DNA of 64,000 nt. Source: Scyliorhinus canicula (lineage: Eukaryota). Shown piece by piece: positions 37,458 through 50,997 of this stretch (positions are counted from its first letter, which is position 1; every line of letters begins with the position of its first letter). The translations under genes were made by a program, and so were the position numbers. Location: NCBI RefSeq assembly GCF_902713615.1, contig NC_052162.1, forward strand, positions 109,395,811 through 109,459,810. The letters run 5' to 3'. The notes under the pieces were generated by a model that searched no databases, was not told the DNA's origin, and saw only the letters and a list, made by a program, of their open reading frames with translations.

Positions 37458-37650
37458 ATCTCTTCTCGGCCTTTTGGCTAAGGTGAGCGCGAGTTCAGGT
37501 GTAATGCCTGGATCTGGTATGTCTCTTGTGAGGACCATGAATTGGATTCAATGTGAATTGTTTTTTGGAGCAGGTAAGGAGCTGGATTAGGGGTTTGCCC
37601 CTGTCCACACTCTGAGCTCTCGCTTTGTAACTCTGATAAAATAATAAAAA
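37458..37650 (+). pseudogene. U2 snRNA-derived sequence at the 3' end of a Tx1-like element
   Basis: ATCTCTTCTCGGCCTTTTGGCTAAG is a 24/25 match to the U2 5' end as recalled. Further colinear blocks follow (ATCTGGTATGTC...GAGGAC, TTTTTGGAGCAGG, TGGATTAGGGGTTTGCCCCTGTCCAC), then an A-rich tail. Confidence 0.8.
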
Positions 37651-37934
37651 CATGTTTTTAATCCCCAGGTATGTTGCTGTCCCCGAGCAGGATAATTTGG
37701 GGCCGATTGTGCACACCAGATACGTTCATTGTCTCTTCGAAGGTGGGGGGGAGGGGGGGGGGGGGGGGGGGGTCAGCAGTAGTGGTAACTCTCTTATTTT
37801 GGGGTCGTGTAGGTTGTGGCAAGGAAGGTGCCCCAACCTCTCCGTCCAAACTTGCGATGCCGACCTGCCTAGCCACCATCCCGGAATTTCTGGGGTTGCT
37901 CCCAATTCATTCCACGTCTGCGCAACACGCTCCT

Positions 37935-39790
37935 GGAGTATTCTATTTGTTTTGCCACGTGCACCGAGGTACAGTGAAAAATATTGTTCTGTGCAGTCTA
38001 GACAGATCATTCCATACATAAAAAAACATTGTACATTTATATATGCCCCATGTAAACACATAGACACAGGCATCGGGGGAAGCATACAGGAGTGTAGTAC
38101 TGCACTCCCGTATGGGCAGCAAGGTAGCATAGTGGTTAGCACAATTGCTCCACAGCTCCAGGGTCCCAGGTTCGATCCCCGGCTTGGGTCACTGTCTGTA
38201 CAGAGTCTGCACGTTCTCCCCGTGTGTGCGTGGGTTTCCTCCCACAGTCCAACGATGGGCAGGTTAGGTGGATTGGCCATGATAAATTGCCCTTAGTGTT
38301 GGGTGGGGTTGCTGGGTTATGGGGATAGGGTGGGTGTGTGGGCTTGGGTAGGGTGCTCTTTCCAAGAGCCGGTGCAGACCCGATGGGCCGAATGGCCTCC
38401 TTCTGCACTGTAAATTCTATGATTCTACTCAGTGGAGAAGCTGTGTGAAGAGATCAGATCAGTCCATAAGGGGGTCATTACAGATTCTGGTAACAGCGGG
38501 AAAGAAGCTGTTTTTGAATCTGTGCGTGTTCTCAAACCTTTGAATCTCCTGCCCGATGGAAGAGTGAATAGCAGAGGTGGGAGGGGGTCTTTGATTATGC
38601 TGCCCGGCTTCCCAAGGCAGCAGGAGGTGTAGACGGTCAATGAATGGGAGGTGGATTCGCATGATAGACTGGGCTGTGTTCACGACTCTCTGTAGTTTCT
38701 TACGGTCTTGGGCCGAGCAGTTGCCGTAATAGGCTGTGATGCAGCCAGAAAGGATGCTTTCTAAGGTGCATCTGTAAACATTGTAAGAGTCAATGTGAAA
38801 ATGCTGAATTTCCATAGTTTCCTGAGGAAGTACAAAACGCTGTTGTGCTTTCTTGGTCGTAGTGTCGATGTGGGTGGACCAGGACAGAATGTTGGAGATG
38901 TGCACACCTAGTAATTCGAAGCTGTCAGCCATCTCTACTTTGGCACCATTGATGCAGACAGGTGTGTGTATGATGCTTCGCTTCTTGAAGTTAATGACTA
39001 ACTCTTTAGTTTCGCTGACATTGAGGGAGAGATTGTTGTCATTACACCACTCCACTAGGTTCTCTATCTCCCTCTTATACTCTGAGTCATTGTTGTTCTA
39101 GATCCGACGCACTACGGTCGTATAATCAGCAAACTTTTAGATGGAAATGGAGCCAAATTGTGCTACACAGTCTTGTGTGTATAGCGAGTGTAGTAGCAGG
39201 CTAAGTATGCAGCATTGCGGGGCTCCGGTATTAAGGACTATCGTGGAGGAGGTGCTGGATTGTGGTCTATAGATTAGGAAGTTGAGGATACAGTTGCAGA
39301 GGAGCCAAGTCCTAGGTTTTTGAGCTTTGATATGAGCGTTGCTGGGATTATGGTGTAAAATGTGGAGCTGTAGTCAACGAATAGGGGTCTGTTATACGTG
39401 TCCTTGTTGTCGGGATGTTCCAGGGTGATTTGTCAGGCCAGGCATCTGCTGTGGACCAGTTGTGGCGGTATGCAAATTGCAGTGGATCAAGGCATTCTGG
39501 CAGTGTGGAGTTGATGTGTCTCATGAGCAACCTCTCAAAGCACTTCATAATGATAGGTGTCAAGGTCGCTCAACAGTAGTCGTTGAGGCACGTTGTCTGG
39601 TTATTTTTTGGCACTGGTATGATGGTGGTCTTCTTGAAGCAGGTGGGAACCTAGGAACAGAGTAGGGAGAGATTGAAGATGTCCACGAACACATCCACCA
39701 GTTGGTCCGTGCAGGATCTGAGTGCACGACCAGGGACCCCGTCGGGACCCGTCGCTTTCTGAGGGTTCAAGAGTAAGGATAGGGAACATT
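37935..39790 (-). mobile_element. Rex1/Babar-clade LINE (RT plus 3' end) with a SINE inserted
   Basis: Peptides [11 protein letters not shown]...LDPLQFAYR and WCNDNNLSLNVSETKELVINF...LSWSTHI...KAQQR. Confidence 0.85.
38114..38426 (+). mobile_element. HE1-type V-SINE
   Basis: Full length, inside the Rex1 3' region. Confidence 0.85.
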
Positions 39791-40099
39791 TTGATTGGCT
39801 GCGAATGCTGGGTAACAGCCCTGCCATTCAATGGTGTTGTATGTTCCGATTACAATAGGGGGGGGGGCGACAATATATCAAATTAATGAAGTAATTCATA
39901 CTGCAACCAAAGTGCACAGGGCCTCCATGATATTTCTTCCCCGGGTGTTATTACAGGCAAAACAAACCACTGCAATTCGATGTAAACCAACTGGATTTTC
40001 AGCAGGTGGGGTGACCAGTGATTATTTTTTTCCCATTGAACTGAACATTTAAACCGTGTTTTGCCAGTAAGACTGCACTGATTGTGGATTAAGTGGGAC

Positions 40100-43000
40100 A
40101 TATAGGGACTGGGAATTGGTCTTGGACTGAGGGTAGGGGGAGATGGAAGATTGTATATAGTTCTATTTTCTATTTCATGTTATATGTGTTAATGGGGTGA
40201 AGTTGCCTGTTTGGGAGTAGGAGTTGGGATTTTTTGCAAAGGCGGTTTTCTGGGATTTTTGTGTCTCCACAGAGTTTGTTTGTTTCAAGGGAATTTCTTT
40301 GTTTTCCTGGGACTGGATAAGGGGTAGGAGATTGGAGCCTGACCAGGGGCCTCCAGACTTGCAAGCTCCAGCTGGCTAGTTAAAGGGAGTGTGGTGAGGG
40401 AAGGGGCTGCAGACATTGTAGCCTGGTCGAACAGGTTTTGATGGGCCTGGGAGGTGCGAAAGGTGGGGGGGAGGAGAGGACCGGTATTGGGAGTGATGTT
40501 TTCGAGAGGAAGTGGTTGGGGGATTCTGGGAGGAGGGGGGAGTTTGGGGTTCGAAGGCAAGAATGAAACGGAACCGACGAGGCCCAATGGACAGGGCCCG
40601 GAGCTATGATGATGGCGGATAGGAGGGACAGGGGAGTGAGAGACCCCCGGTTAGAATAGTTACATGAAACATGAAGAGTTTGGGGGGGGTGGGGGTGGGG
40701 GGGGGGGGGGGCAGTTAATGAGGCTCAGGACAGATTAGGTGAGCCAAGTATTTCTGGGTAGCAGTTTTGGTGGATAAGAGGGTGAGTTTCCAGATGGATA
40801 AGGTGGTGGTGGTCCAGGGGGGCAGATATGTGACAGCAACGGGGGGACATTGGAGGGGAGGTTGGTGGCATTGGCAAGTGTTATTGGCCCTAACTGGGTT
40901 GGTGCAAGATTTGTGAGGAATGTGCTCATGGCTATTCCGGACTTGGATGGCATGAGCTAACAGTGAAGGGGGATTGGAATCTGATGCAAGAGCCAAGGAT
41001 GGACAGGTTGCAGCCTGGCTCACTTGTCCAGTCCGGGGGGGGGGGAGGCGGTTTGAAATTGACGATGCTTATGAGGGAAATGGGAGGGGTGGACGCTTGG
41101 AGGTTCTTGCACCCGAGGGAGCGGAGGTATTTATTTTTTCTCCTTTGCTCACTCGATGATAGACCCTTTTGTGGTAGGGAAGGCATTGCTGGCTGGGTAT
41201 CAGTGATCAGAGTATTCGGCAATTTATGCATATGGGGAGAAGGCAGGACCAACTTCAGAGGGAGGCGGCGGTGATGTAAATTGTCCAGATGCGGGATAGG
41301 ATGGGGAAATTGGTGGTGGCTCCCGACGAGATTAATAGGAGTTTTATGAAAAGCTGTAGAGGTCAGAACCACCAGGGGAGGTTCAGAGAAGAGGGAGTTC
41401 CTGGACGGATTGGAGTATCCCAGGCTGGAGAAGGAAGATGGGGCCAGAGGTCAGTGGGGAAACAGGAGGTAAAGGAGGCAATTGGGAGGATGCAATCGGG
41501 GAAGGCAGCAGGCCCAGATGGGTTCCCATGGGAATATTTACAAAACTTAAAGACAAATTGGCGCCACTGATGGTGGGGTTGTTTGAGGAGGCGATAGGGA
41601 AGGAGTGCGACCACAAACATTGGGCAGGCTTCGATCTCCCTGCTGCTGAAGATGGAGCATAGGGTATCTTTGTACCCGGCGATTTATTACTATATATATC
41701 AGAGTCGAGTATGTCGGTGGGGAACATAATGGGACTTCTCTGAAGATCTTTTTGAAGATATAATTTGAACTTGGGGAAGACTGAATATTTTGTGGTGTCC
41801 TGGTCGGGAGTGGGGATGGGAGGGCTGCCATTTTGGAGGGCCGCAACCCACTTCAGGTACTTGGGGGTGCAGGTGGTGCGGGATGGGGGCACCGTAGGTA
41901 CAATTTTACTAGTTTGGTGGTGAGAGTGAAAGCGGACTTCGCAAGGTGGGACAACCTCCCTCTGTCACTGGCGGGTCAGGTGCAGGCGATTAAAATGAAT
42001 GTGCTGCTGTAATTTCTGTTTTTATTCCAGTGCCTGCCGGTCTTTTTGCTGAAGGAATCCTTCAGGGAAGTGGACAAGTTGATCACCTCGCTTATTTGGG
42101 GGTAGGCGGTCAGGAAGATGGTCCTGCAGAGAGGGCGGGGTGCCTGGGCCGCCTGAATTTATTATACTATTACTGGGTGGCGAATGCGGAAAATGTGAGG
42201 GGTTGGGTCGTGGAGCGGGGCGGGGAAGAGAGAGAGAAGAGTTCCAGTGGGTTAGGTTGGAGGAAGGTCTGTGTAGGGAGTCAGGGTTGAGGGCGCTGGC
42301 AAAGGCAGCACTCCCGATGACTCTGGGCAAGTACTCTGGGAGTCCGGTAGTGCTGGCAACACTGAAGATTTGGAGGCAGCTGAGTCAGCATTTTAAGTTG
42401 GGAGTTGGGTCAGGGGAGATGCCGATCAGGGGGAATCACTGGTTTGAGCCGGTGAGGCTGGATGGGAGGTTTTGGAGATGGGGATCAGGGTATGAAAGGA
42501 CCTGTTCCCGGGGGGATGTAATGCGACTGAAATATGGACTGGGGGAAGGGTTTAGGTACCTGCATCTCCAAGACTTTGCTAGGAAGAAGGTTCCAAGCTT
42601 CCCGACAGTGCCAACCCGCTTGTTGTTAGAAGAGGTATTGACGGCGGTGGGAATGGAGAAGGGGGTGGTGTCAGCGATTTACAGGAAGATTTTGTTGGAG
42701 GACCAGGTGTCCATGGAAGGGATTAAAGCCAAGTGAGAAGAAGAGTTGGGTGAGGTAATGGAAGAAGGTCTGTGGTGTGTGATGCTCCGAAGGGTGAAAA
42801 CCTCAACCTCATGCACAAGTTTGGGGCTGATACAGCTGAAGGTTGTGTCTCAGGCGCACCTCCCGAGCGCGAGGATGAGCCAGCTCTTTGAGGGAGTGGA
42901 GGACATATGCGAGTGTCGTGGGAGGGGTTCTGCAAATGTATATATGTTTTGGTTCTGTCCGAAGCTGGAGGTATTGGAGGGAGGTCTTTAGTATCATCTC

Positions 43001-43450
43001 AGAGATAGTGCATGCGAACTTGGAACCGGGTCCCGTAGAGACCATTTTGGGGTGTCGGACCGGCCTGAGCTGTGTGCGGGTGCAGATAGCCTTCGCCTTG
43101 CTGATTGCCCAGAGGCAGGTCCTGTTGGGGTGGAGGTCGGCTTCTCCGCCCTGTGCCTCGGCTTGTGGGGGCGGGGGGAATCTACTTGAATTTCTGACTC
43201 TTGAGAAGGTGAAATTTGTGCTGAGAGGGATGAGGGAGGGATTCTACAATTCATGGAGATTGTTTAATATACACTTTTGAGAACTGGTTGCCATTGAATA
43301 TGGTGAGTTGGGTTTATTGTTGCACTGTTTGATTGTTAACTTTTACCTAGAATGTACAAATGGATGTATTGGATTGTGTATTGAGGGGGGTGTTGTTTCT
43401 GGGGGATTGTTATTGTGTTTGTTTTTTCTTTTGTTGAAAATGTGGAGAGT
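40100..43450 (+). mobile_element. Degenerate L1-clade ORF2
   Basis: GGVDAWRFLHP, MQSGKAAGPDGFP, LGLIQLKVV and LEKVKFVLRG peptides; heavily deleted and frameshifted. Confidence 0.8.
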
Positions 43451-43459
43451 AAAAAGATT

Positions 43460-43870
43460 TAAAAATAAGTATTCCAGGTGTGGTGTTGCAGAGTTGTAGG
43501 ACTTCCCTCTCCTTATACTCCATTCCTTTTGAAATAAAGACGATTTGCTCTCCTGTTACCTGCTGAACCTGCATGCTAGCTTTTTGTGATTTATGCACGA
43601 GGAGCCTTAAATTCCTGCGCTGCAGCTTTCTCCATTTCAATAATGTCAGTTGCTTTATTCTTCCTCGCAAAATGTACAACTTCTCACCTTTTTCCTAAAT
43701 TATGTTCCGTCCACCAAGTTTCTGTCCACTGACTCACGTGGATGCATTGTGTCATCCTCTCCACTTGCCTTCTCATCTATTTTTCTGTCATGCCCAAACT
43801 TGGCAATAGTGCATTCACTTCCCTCATCCCAAGTCAGTAATATATGTCGTAAATATTTGTGTTCCCAGCA
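43460..43870 (-). mobile_element. CR1 RT fragment
   Basis: Peptide KASMQVQQ...FISKGMEYKEREVLQL. Confidence 0.7.
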
Positions 43871-44269
43871 CACTTGTCTGAACTAATTGGTTCGTGTGGA
43901 GGCTGGATGGAGAAATATGGGAATTCAGGGATCAAACATGGGTGAAAGTTCAGACAGTTTGCCCGGTGGGCAATGGAAGGAAGGGAAGCAGCTGATCAGA
44001 TTGTCTTAATCTTAGTGATCTTGTTGTTGGAGGTGTGGATGGATGAGACAGGGGACAGGAAGATTCCTACAAAAGGAACTTGTTTGTGTCAGGGATATCT
44101 TTAAAAAACTCAACACTGTGTTTGTGTACTAATACAAAACTGATTTATTTGACTGTTATCTCGAATATTAACTACTATAACTGAGCTGAAGTTTATTAAC
44201 ATCAGCAGCGACAGACCCCCATGAACATGGTTTAATTCTGGATGTGATGAACAGCACAATTCAATCACT

Positions 44270-45415
<1,146 letters not shown>

Positions 45416-45589
45416 CTGTGAAATTGATTTAAAACAGAAAAAAGGGAGTGAGAGAGAACCCACAAAAAAACAATGGTAGGTTATGAAATTGTGCTGAATG
45501 AATCTGGTCATTTGTGGGGCCGATACTAGGAAAACGTGACCATGAAAGCTACTGGATTGTCATAAACACGGAACTGGTTCACTAATATC

Positions 45590-46320
45590 TTTACGTTAGC
45601 AATAAAATAGATGAATTAGCAGCGCAAATTGTTAAAAACCAGTACGGTACGATCATGATTATGGAGACATGCAAGGTGACCAAAGCTGGGAACTCAATAT
45701 CCAAGGGTACATTTATGAATGATGGGCAAAAAGGAAAAGGTGGTGGGGTTGAGTTGTTAGTTAACAGTAAAAATAATGCAACAGTGAGAGAGAATCTTGA
45801 CTAAGAAAATCTAGATGGAGCTAAGTGACAACAAGGGGAGGAAAACATCCCTGGGAGTTGTCTACAGGCCTCCAAATAGTACTGGTAAGCTAGGGGATGG
45901 AATTAAACAGGAAGTTAGAGATGCATGTAGTAACACGGGGTTAATTAATAATCTTGTTTTGAGGCGTCCTTTCGGCAACAGTGACCATAATATGACCAAA
46001 TTAGCATGGAAAATGATGTCTGAAACAAAAATCTGAAACGGGTTCTCAATCTAAAAAAGGAAACTACAAAGTTATGAGGTATGAATTGGCTAAGATAGAT
46101 TAGGGAACTTCAGTAATAAGCATGACGACGGATAGGAAACAGCTAATATGTATGGAACAAATGTATATATTGCAACAGTTACACGTTCCTTTCTGGTGCA
46201 AAAACACAACAAGATATACAGTCCAACCATGTCTTACAAAATAAATTAAGGACAGTACTCGATCCAAAGTGGAGTCATAAAATGTTAGAAAAAGCAGCAA
46301 GCCTGAGGATTGGGTGCAGT
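45590..46320 (+). mobile_element. CR1 endonuclease-region fragment
   Basis: GKGGGV, LGVVYRPPNS and GNSDHNM motifs. Confidence 0.75.
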
Positions 46321-47249
46321 TAATATAGGTACATTAATATAGGTAAGAAGACTGTTTAAGACAGAAATATTAAATCCCAGTTTTAAAATGAAAGAAATAT
46401 ACAACTTCCAAACTCAGACATGTGTTTGGGAAAAACAGAACCACTGATAAAAACATCACATTCTTTCAAGGGCAGCAGCGAAATCCCATGGGTTGTAAGG
46501 TGGAATAATTAAAGGCTCCATTGTTCTGATTTCTGGCCACTTGTGATAACAGCCTGAACCACATTCCATAACGTATGCAAGCCAAAACATTTTAGACTGT
46601 GTCAAAATACAGTTTCATTTATATTTTCGGAATAATAGCATGATGAGATGACTAACGTCTCAATTGTTGCAGATAAGCAACAATTGGAAGTGGCGTTGCA
46701 TTGGGAGGATGGATGGCTTGTTATCAAATCAAATGTGTTTTGAATATAGCTTAAACCAATTAGGATTATATTGGGGTGTGATCGGATCGCTTAAGACAGA
46801 TATGAAAGAGTATATCCATGGATAATTTGGCCACCATTTTAGACAAGAAGAAAGAAAGACAGAAAGAGACAGAGAGAAAGAGACAGGAAAGAGACAAAGA
46901 GAACAAGACAGAGACAGAGAGAGAGAGAGAAAGTAAAGAAAGAGAATTAGAAAAGAGTTCTGTATTCCTATTTCATTTTCATACTTTGACTTCAGCCTTT
47001 GACTTTTAAAGTTGTGATCAGGCTATTGTCTCAGAAGATAATTCCTGTGATTCTTTGAAGAAAATCAAATTGTCTACAAACTGCCTTTTAAATCATTTTC
47101 AAGTTGTAACCAATGAACTTCAATAAAACAATTCTTATTTGCACCTGACAAGTTTTTAACTTGAATTTCTACTGAGTTTCAGCAATGTCTCAACAACAAC
47201 CGGCAACCGTAAATTAAACAAAACTGAATTAATTCAAAGATACTACAAG

Positions 47250-48750
47250 GACACTTGGAAAATATTAACAGGATTAGACAAAGTCATCATGGATGTATGA
47301 AAGGGAAATCATGTTTGACGAAGCTACTGGAGTGTCTCGAGGACATAAATCGTGGAATAGATGAGGGTAAACTAGTGGATTTGGTATATTTGCATTTTCT
47401 GAAAATATTTGTCAACTCCCATGTAACAGGTTAGTGTCTGCAGTTTTGGTATCCTTATCTAAGAAGGGAAATATGTTCCATGGGGGGAGTGCAGAGAAAA
47501 TTCACCAGAATGATTTCTGGTATGGCAGGAAATAGACAGATTTCCAAACTATAAAGGTTTCAAGGAGTGTGGGGGAGCGCACGCGAGTATGGTGTTGAGA
47601 TAGAGGATCAGCCGTGAACATACTGAATGGTGGAACAGGCTCAAAGGGCTGAATGATCTACTCAGTCTCCTATTTTCTATATTTCTGCGTTTCTATTGGA
47701 ATGGATTGAGAATTTTCAGCAGGCAGGAAACAGAGTGCAGGAATAAATGTGACTTTTTCCAGGTAGCAGGCAGGAACTAGTGGGGTCTTGCAGGAATCGG
47801 TGCTTGAACCCCACCTATTCACAATATACATCAATTATTTGGATGTGGGAACTTAAAGTAATATTTCCAAGTTTGCTGATGACACAAAACCTGGTGGAAA
47901 TATGAGTGGTGAAGAGGATTTTAAGAGGTGTCGAGGCAATTTTAGACAGGTTGATAGATTGGCAAATACATGGCAGATGCAGCATAATGTGGATAAATGC
48001 AAAGTTATGCACTTCAATTGGAGAAACAGAATAACAAAGTATTAATTAAATGGTGATAGATTGGGAAATGGTGATGTAGAAAGTGACTTGTGTGTTCTAG
48101 TACATCAGTCACTGAAAGCAAATATGCAGGTATAGCAAACAGTTGGGAAGGCAAATGGTAAGATAGCCTTCATTGCAAGAGGATTTGAGTACAGCAGCTG
48201 TGCAGGGCCTCGGTGAGACCATATCTGGAGTATTCTGTGGGGTTTTGGTTTCTTTACCGAAGAAGGGATATATTTCCCACAGTGTGCAGCGGAGCTTCAT
48301 TAGCCAGATTGCTGGGATGGCAGGCTTGTCATACTAGGGGAAATCAGGTCAACGCGGCCTGCATTCACTGGAATTTAGTGAATATGAGGGGACCTAATTG
48401 AAAACATAAAATTCTGGGCTGGACAAACTGGATGCAGAGATGTTGTTTCCTCTGGCTGGAGGGTCTCGAACAAGGGGTCACAGTCTCAGGATATGGGATT
48501 GGTCATTTAGGACTGAGATGATGAGAAATTTCTTCACTCCGAGGATGGTGAACCTGTGGAATTCTCTCCCAGAAAAGGCTGTGGAGTCCAAGTCACTGAA
48601 TACATTTAAGGAGGAAATAGATTTTCTAGATTCTAAAGGTGTCAAGGAGTACAGGGAAGGGTGGGACTATGATTTTGAGATCGAGGATCAGCCATGATTG
48701 GTGGAGCAGGCTCAAAGGCTGAATGGTCTCCTGATCCTAGTTTCTATATT
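47250..48750 (+). mobile_element. Degenerate CR1 RT fragments
   Basis: KFADDTKLGG-like, WQMQHNVDKCKVMHF and RNFFTPRMVNLWNSLP peptides. Confidence 0.8.
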
Positions 48751-48869
48751 TCCTTCAGGAAAGGGAAACTGTCACCTGGTCTGGGCCAACACAAAACTCT
48801 GGCCTTTGTGGTGGGAGAGAGAGGGGGAGGTGGGAATAACAGGCAAAGGAGGTGAGATATTTTAATATC

Positions 48870-50287
48870 TATAACTAGAGCTATGGCCACCTGCAAAGGA
48901 TTATGGGAATTATGGCCAACCCAGGACTCGGACAGACACAGAGCCTGTGTGTATCTGAAACACAGGTAACCAGACCTGATCAAAACCCCCCGCTCGTTTG
49001 TATTTTAATGGCCCATTTTCCCAGGACAACAGAACTCCAATCAAGAACCTGGTACAGCCACAGACTGATCGTCGTCACTCCCTTTACTCAGTCCAACTGC
49101 CAAGGTCAGTTACCGCGAAGGACCCGCCCAGCTACCAAGGCACCCGCCCCTTTATCGGCCAAAATCGAAGATAGTGATCAGAGCCCTATCAAACTATTGG
49201 GTCCAAGGTTAAGGACCGCTTCAAAGAGCACAAAATCCTAGCGGGATAAAAGAGAGCACAACCATGTGTTCTGTCTCTTTTGGATCCAGCCTGTGCCAGC
49301 CCAACTGTAGCAGGAACAGCCAGCCAAGTTCAAGACCAACGATCACTACCTGATGGATGAGCCCAGCAGAGACAGAGCCACTTTCTTCGAACCAGCCAAG
49401 TGAAATCCAGATAAAGGCCTTATCCATTTGCACAGTGCCGGTCGCCCTGAAGTTAAGTATACGTTATTGTAGCTGATAGGTGTAGTTTAACTCATAGTAG
49501 ATATTGTGTTTGCATGTCGAGATAACTTGTGTATGTAAATAAACCATCTTGTGAACTAACTAACTGGTTGTGTGGTCATTTGATCAATATGTGGGAAGGC
49601 TTGTGGTTCACCAACATTATCATTAATATTAGCAACAGTATTGGCGATGCTGTTGGGATCGAAAACAAGAAATATTATTGGCAAACACTTGACGGGTCTC
49701 GATTAGAAGTGACTGTCATTCCGAGAGAACCCACAAACTTTGAATCCAATTGCGAGAAAGAGAAAGAACGACAAGCGCAAGTCCCATATCAACCTAATAA
49801 CCGGATTTTGGAAGTGTGTACTGACTCGCATGCGTACCAAACAGGAAGAATAAGGTAAACTCGTTAGAATTGTGCACAACTATCGAGAGATTGTGAACCG
49901 GAAAATAGCTGACAACTGTTCAAATCGCTGCCTTATTCCCCTGTCCCAAATTAAAAGTAGAGCAAGAGATAAGTAATGGCCACTAAAGCAATGGAAAGAT
50001 TGATGAATCCACAGGAACACGTGGTTGCAGCGACCAACAGAGCAGAGCAATGCCCCATATGGGAGGAAGAGTGAAGGAAATACTTAAGGGGAAAGGATGG
50101 CCCCTTTGGTTGAATTTTTGCACTAATGCTGAGTCAGGTCCAGGAAAGATAGGACAGACTTGGTGGGAGAACCTAAGTGAGGTCCACAAGAAAAATGTAG
50201 GGAAAGTCAGAAAGCCGATGGCAATAGTATCCTGTTTGGCACAGTTGCGAGGCACAGAGGAGGTCGTGAAGACGCTCCGTACGCAGT
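48870..50287 (+). mobile_element. LTR, PBS and truncated gag-like ORF (unclassified LTR/ERV-like element)
   Basis: ~770-bp LTR-like segment with AATAAA (~49538) ending AGCAACA (49637), followed by TGGCGATGCTGTTGGGAT. Broken ORF from ATG 49976; cut by an L1 at ~50288. Confidence 0.6.
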
Positions 50288-50962
50288 TAATTTTTATTTT
50301 TTATGCATTTTATTCAAACTTGTATCAAAGTAGGTTACAGCAAATGACCACTCTTCCCAACAATCAACTATACAGTATGTACAGATTTTTCTCCTTTTTC
50401 ACCCCCCCCTCCCCATCACCCACCCCCCTGCAACAATCAGCTCATCAAACAAGGTCACAAACATCCCCCACCTTTTCTCAAACTCCCCTGCTGAGCCCCT
50501 TAACTCATACTTTATCTTCTCTAACCGCAAAAAGTCATACAGGCCACCCAGCCATGCTGAGACTCCCGGTGGCGATGCTGACCGCCACTCCAGCAAAATT
50601 AATCGCCGTGCAATCAGAGAGGCGAAGGCCAAGACATCGGCCTTCCTCCTCTCCATGAGCTCCGGCTTCTCTGAAACCCCAAATATCGCCACCAAAGGGT
50701 CCCCTCCTCCACTATACTGGCTAAGACCGCGAACACTCCTGCCCAGAATCTTCCCAATTTTTCACAACCCCAAAACCTGTGTGCATGATTCGCTGCCCCC
50801 CACCCACACCTCTCACACGCATCTGCTACCCCCTGAAAGAACCCACTCATTCTGGCCCGAGTCATATGCACCCTGTGCACCACCTTAAACTGTACCAGGC
50901 TCATCCTTGCACAGTAAGAAGTCTTACAACACCAGGTTAAAGTCCAACAGGTTTGTTTCAAA

Positions 50963-50997
50963 CACGAGCTTTCGGAGCACGGCTCCTTCTTCAGGTG
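50963..50997 (-). ncRNA. Minimal hammerhead ribozyme motif (mirror copy)
   Basis: Reverse complement of 52314-52348 in the left arm. Confidence 0.7.

Larger units (their letters stand above)
34120..37650 (+). mobile_element. Tx1-clade non-LTR retrotransposon remnant, interrupted by a solo LTR and another insertion
   Basis: ORF1 motif RLILSNVPTYLRKELLLPHL and knuckle-like CSVCKGGGQVQQNC; GC-rich ORF2 C-terminal pieces (PLLWNSHF, AAGVTKIRNVL). Confidence 0.7.

Noticed and set aside
37458-37650. Functional U2 snRNA gene
   Set aside because: Branch-point-pairing sequence and Sm site altered, stem IIa deleted, 3' stem-loop not recognisable.
46330-47245. AT-rich unassigned segment (likewise 30420-31230 and 36060-36520)
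   Set aside because: Probably old repeats, but I could find no diagnostic motif or termini to support a call.
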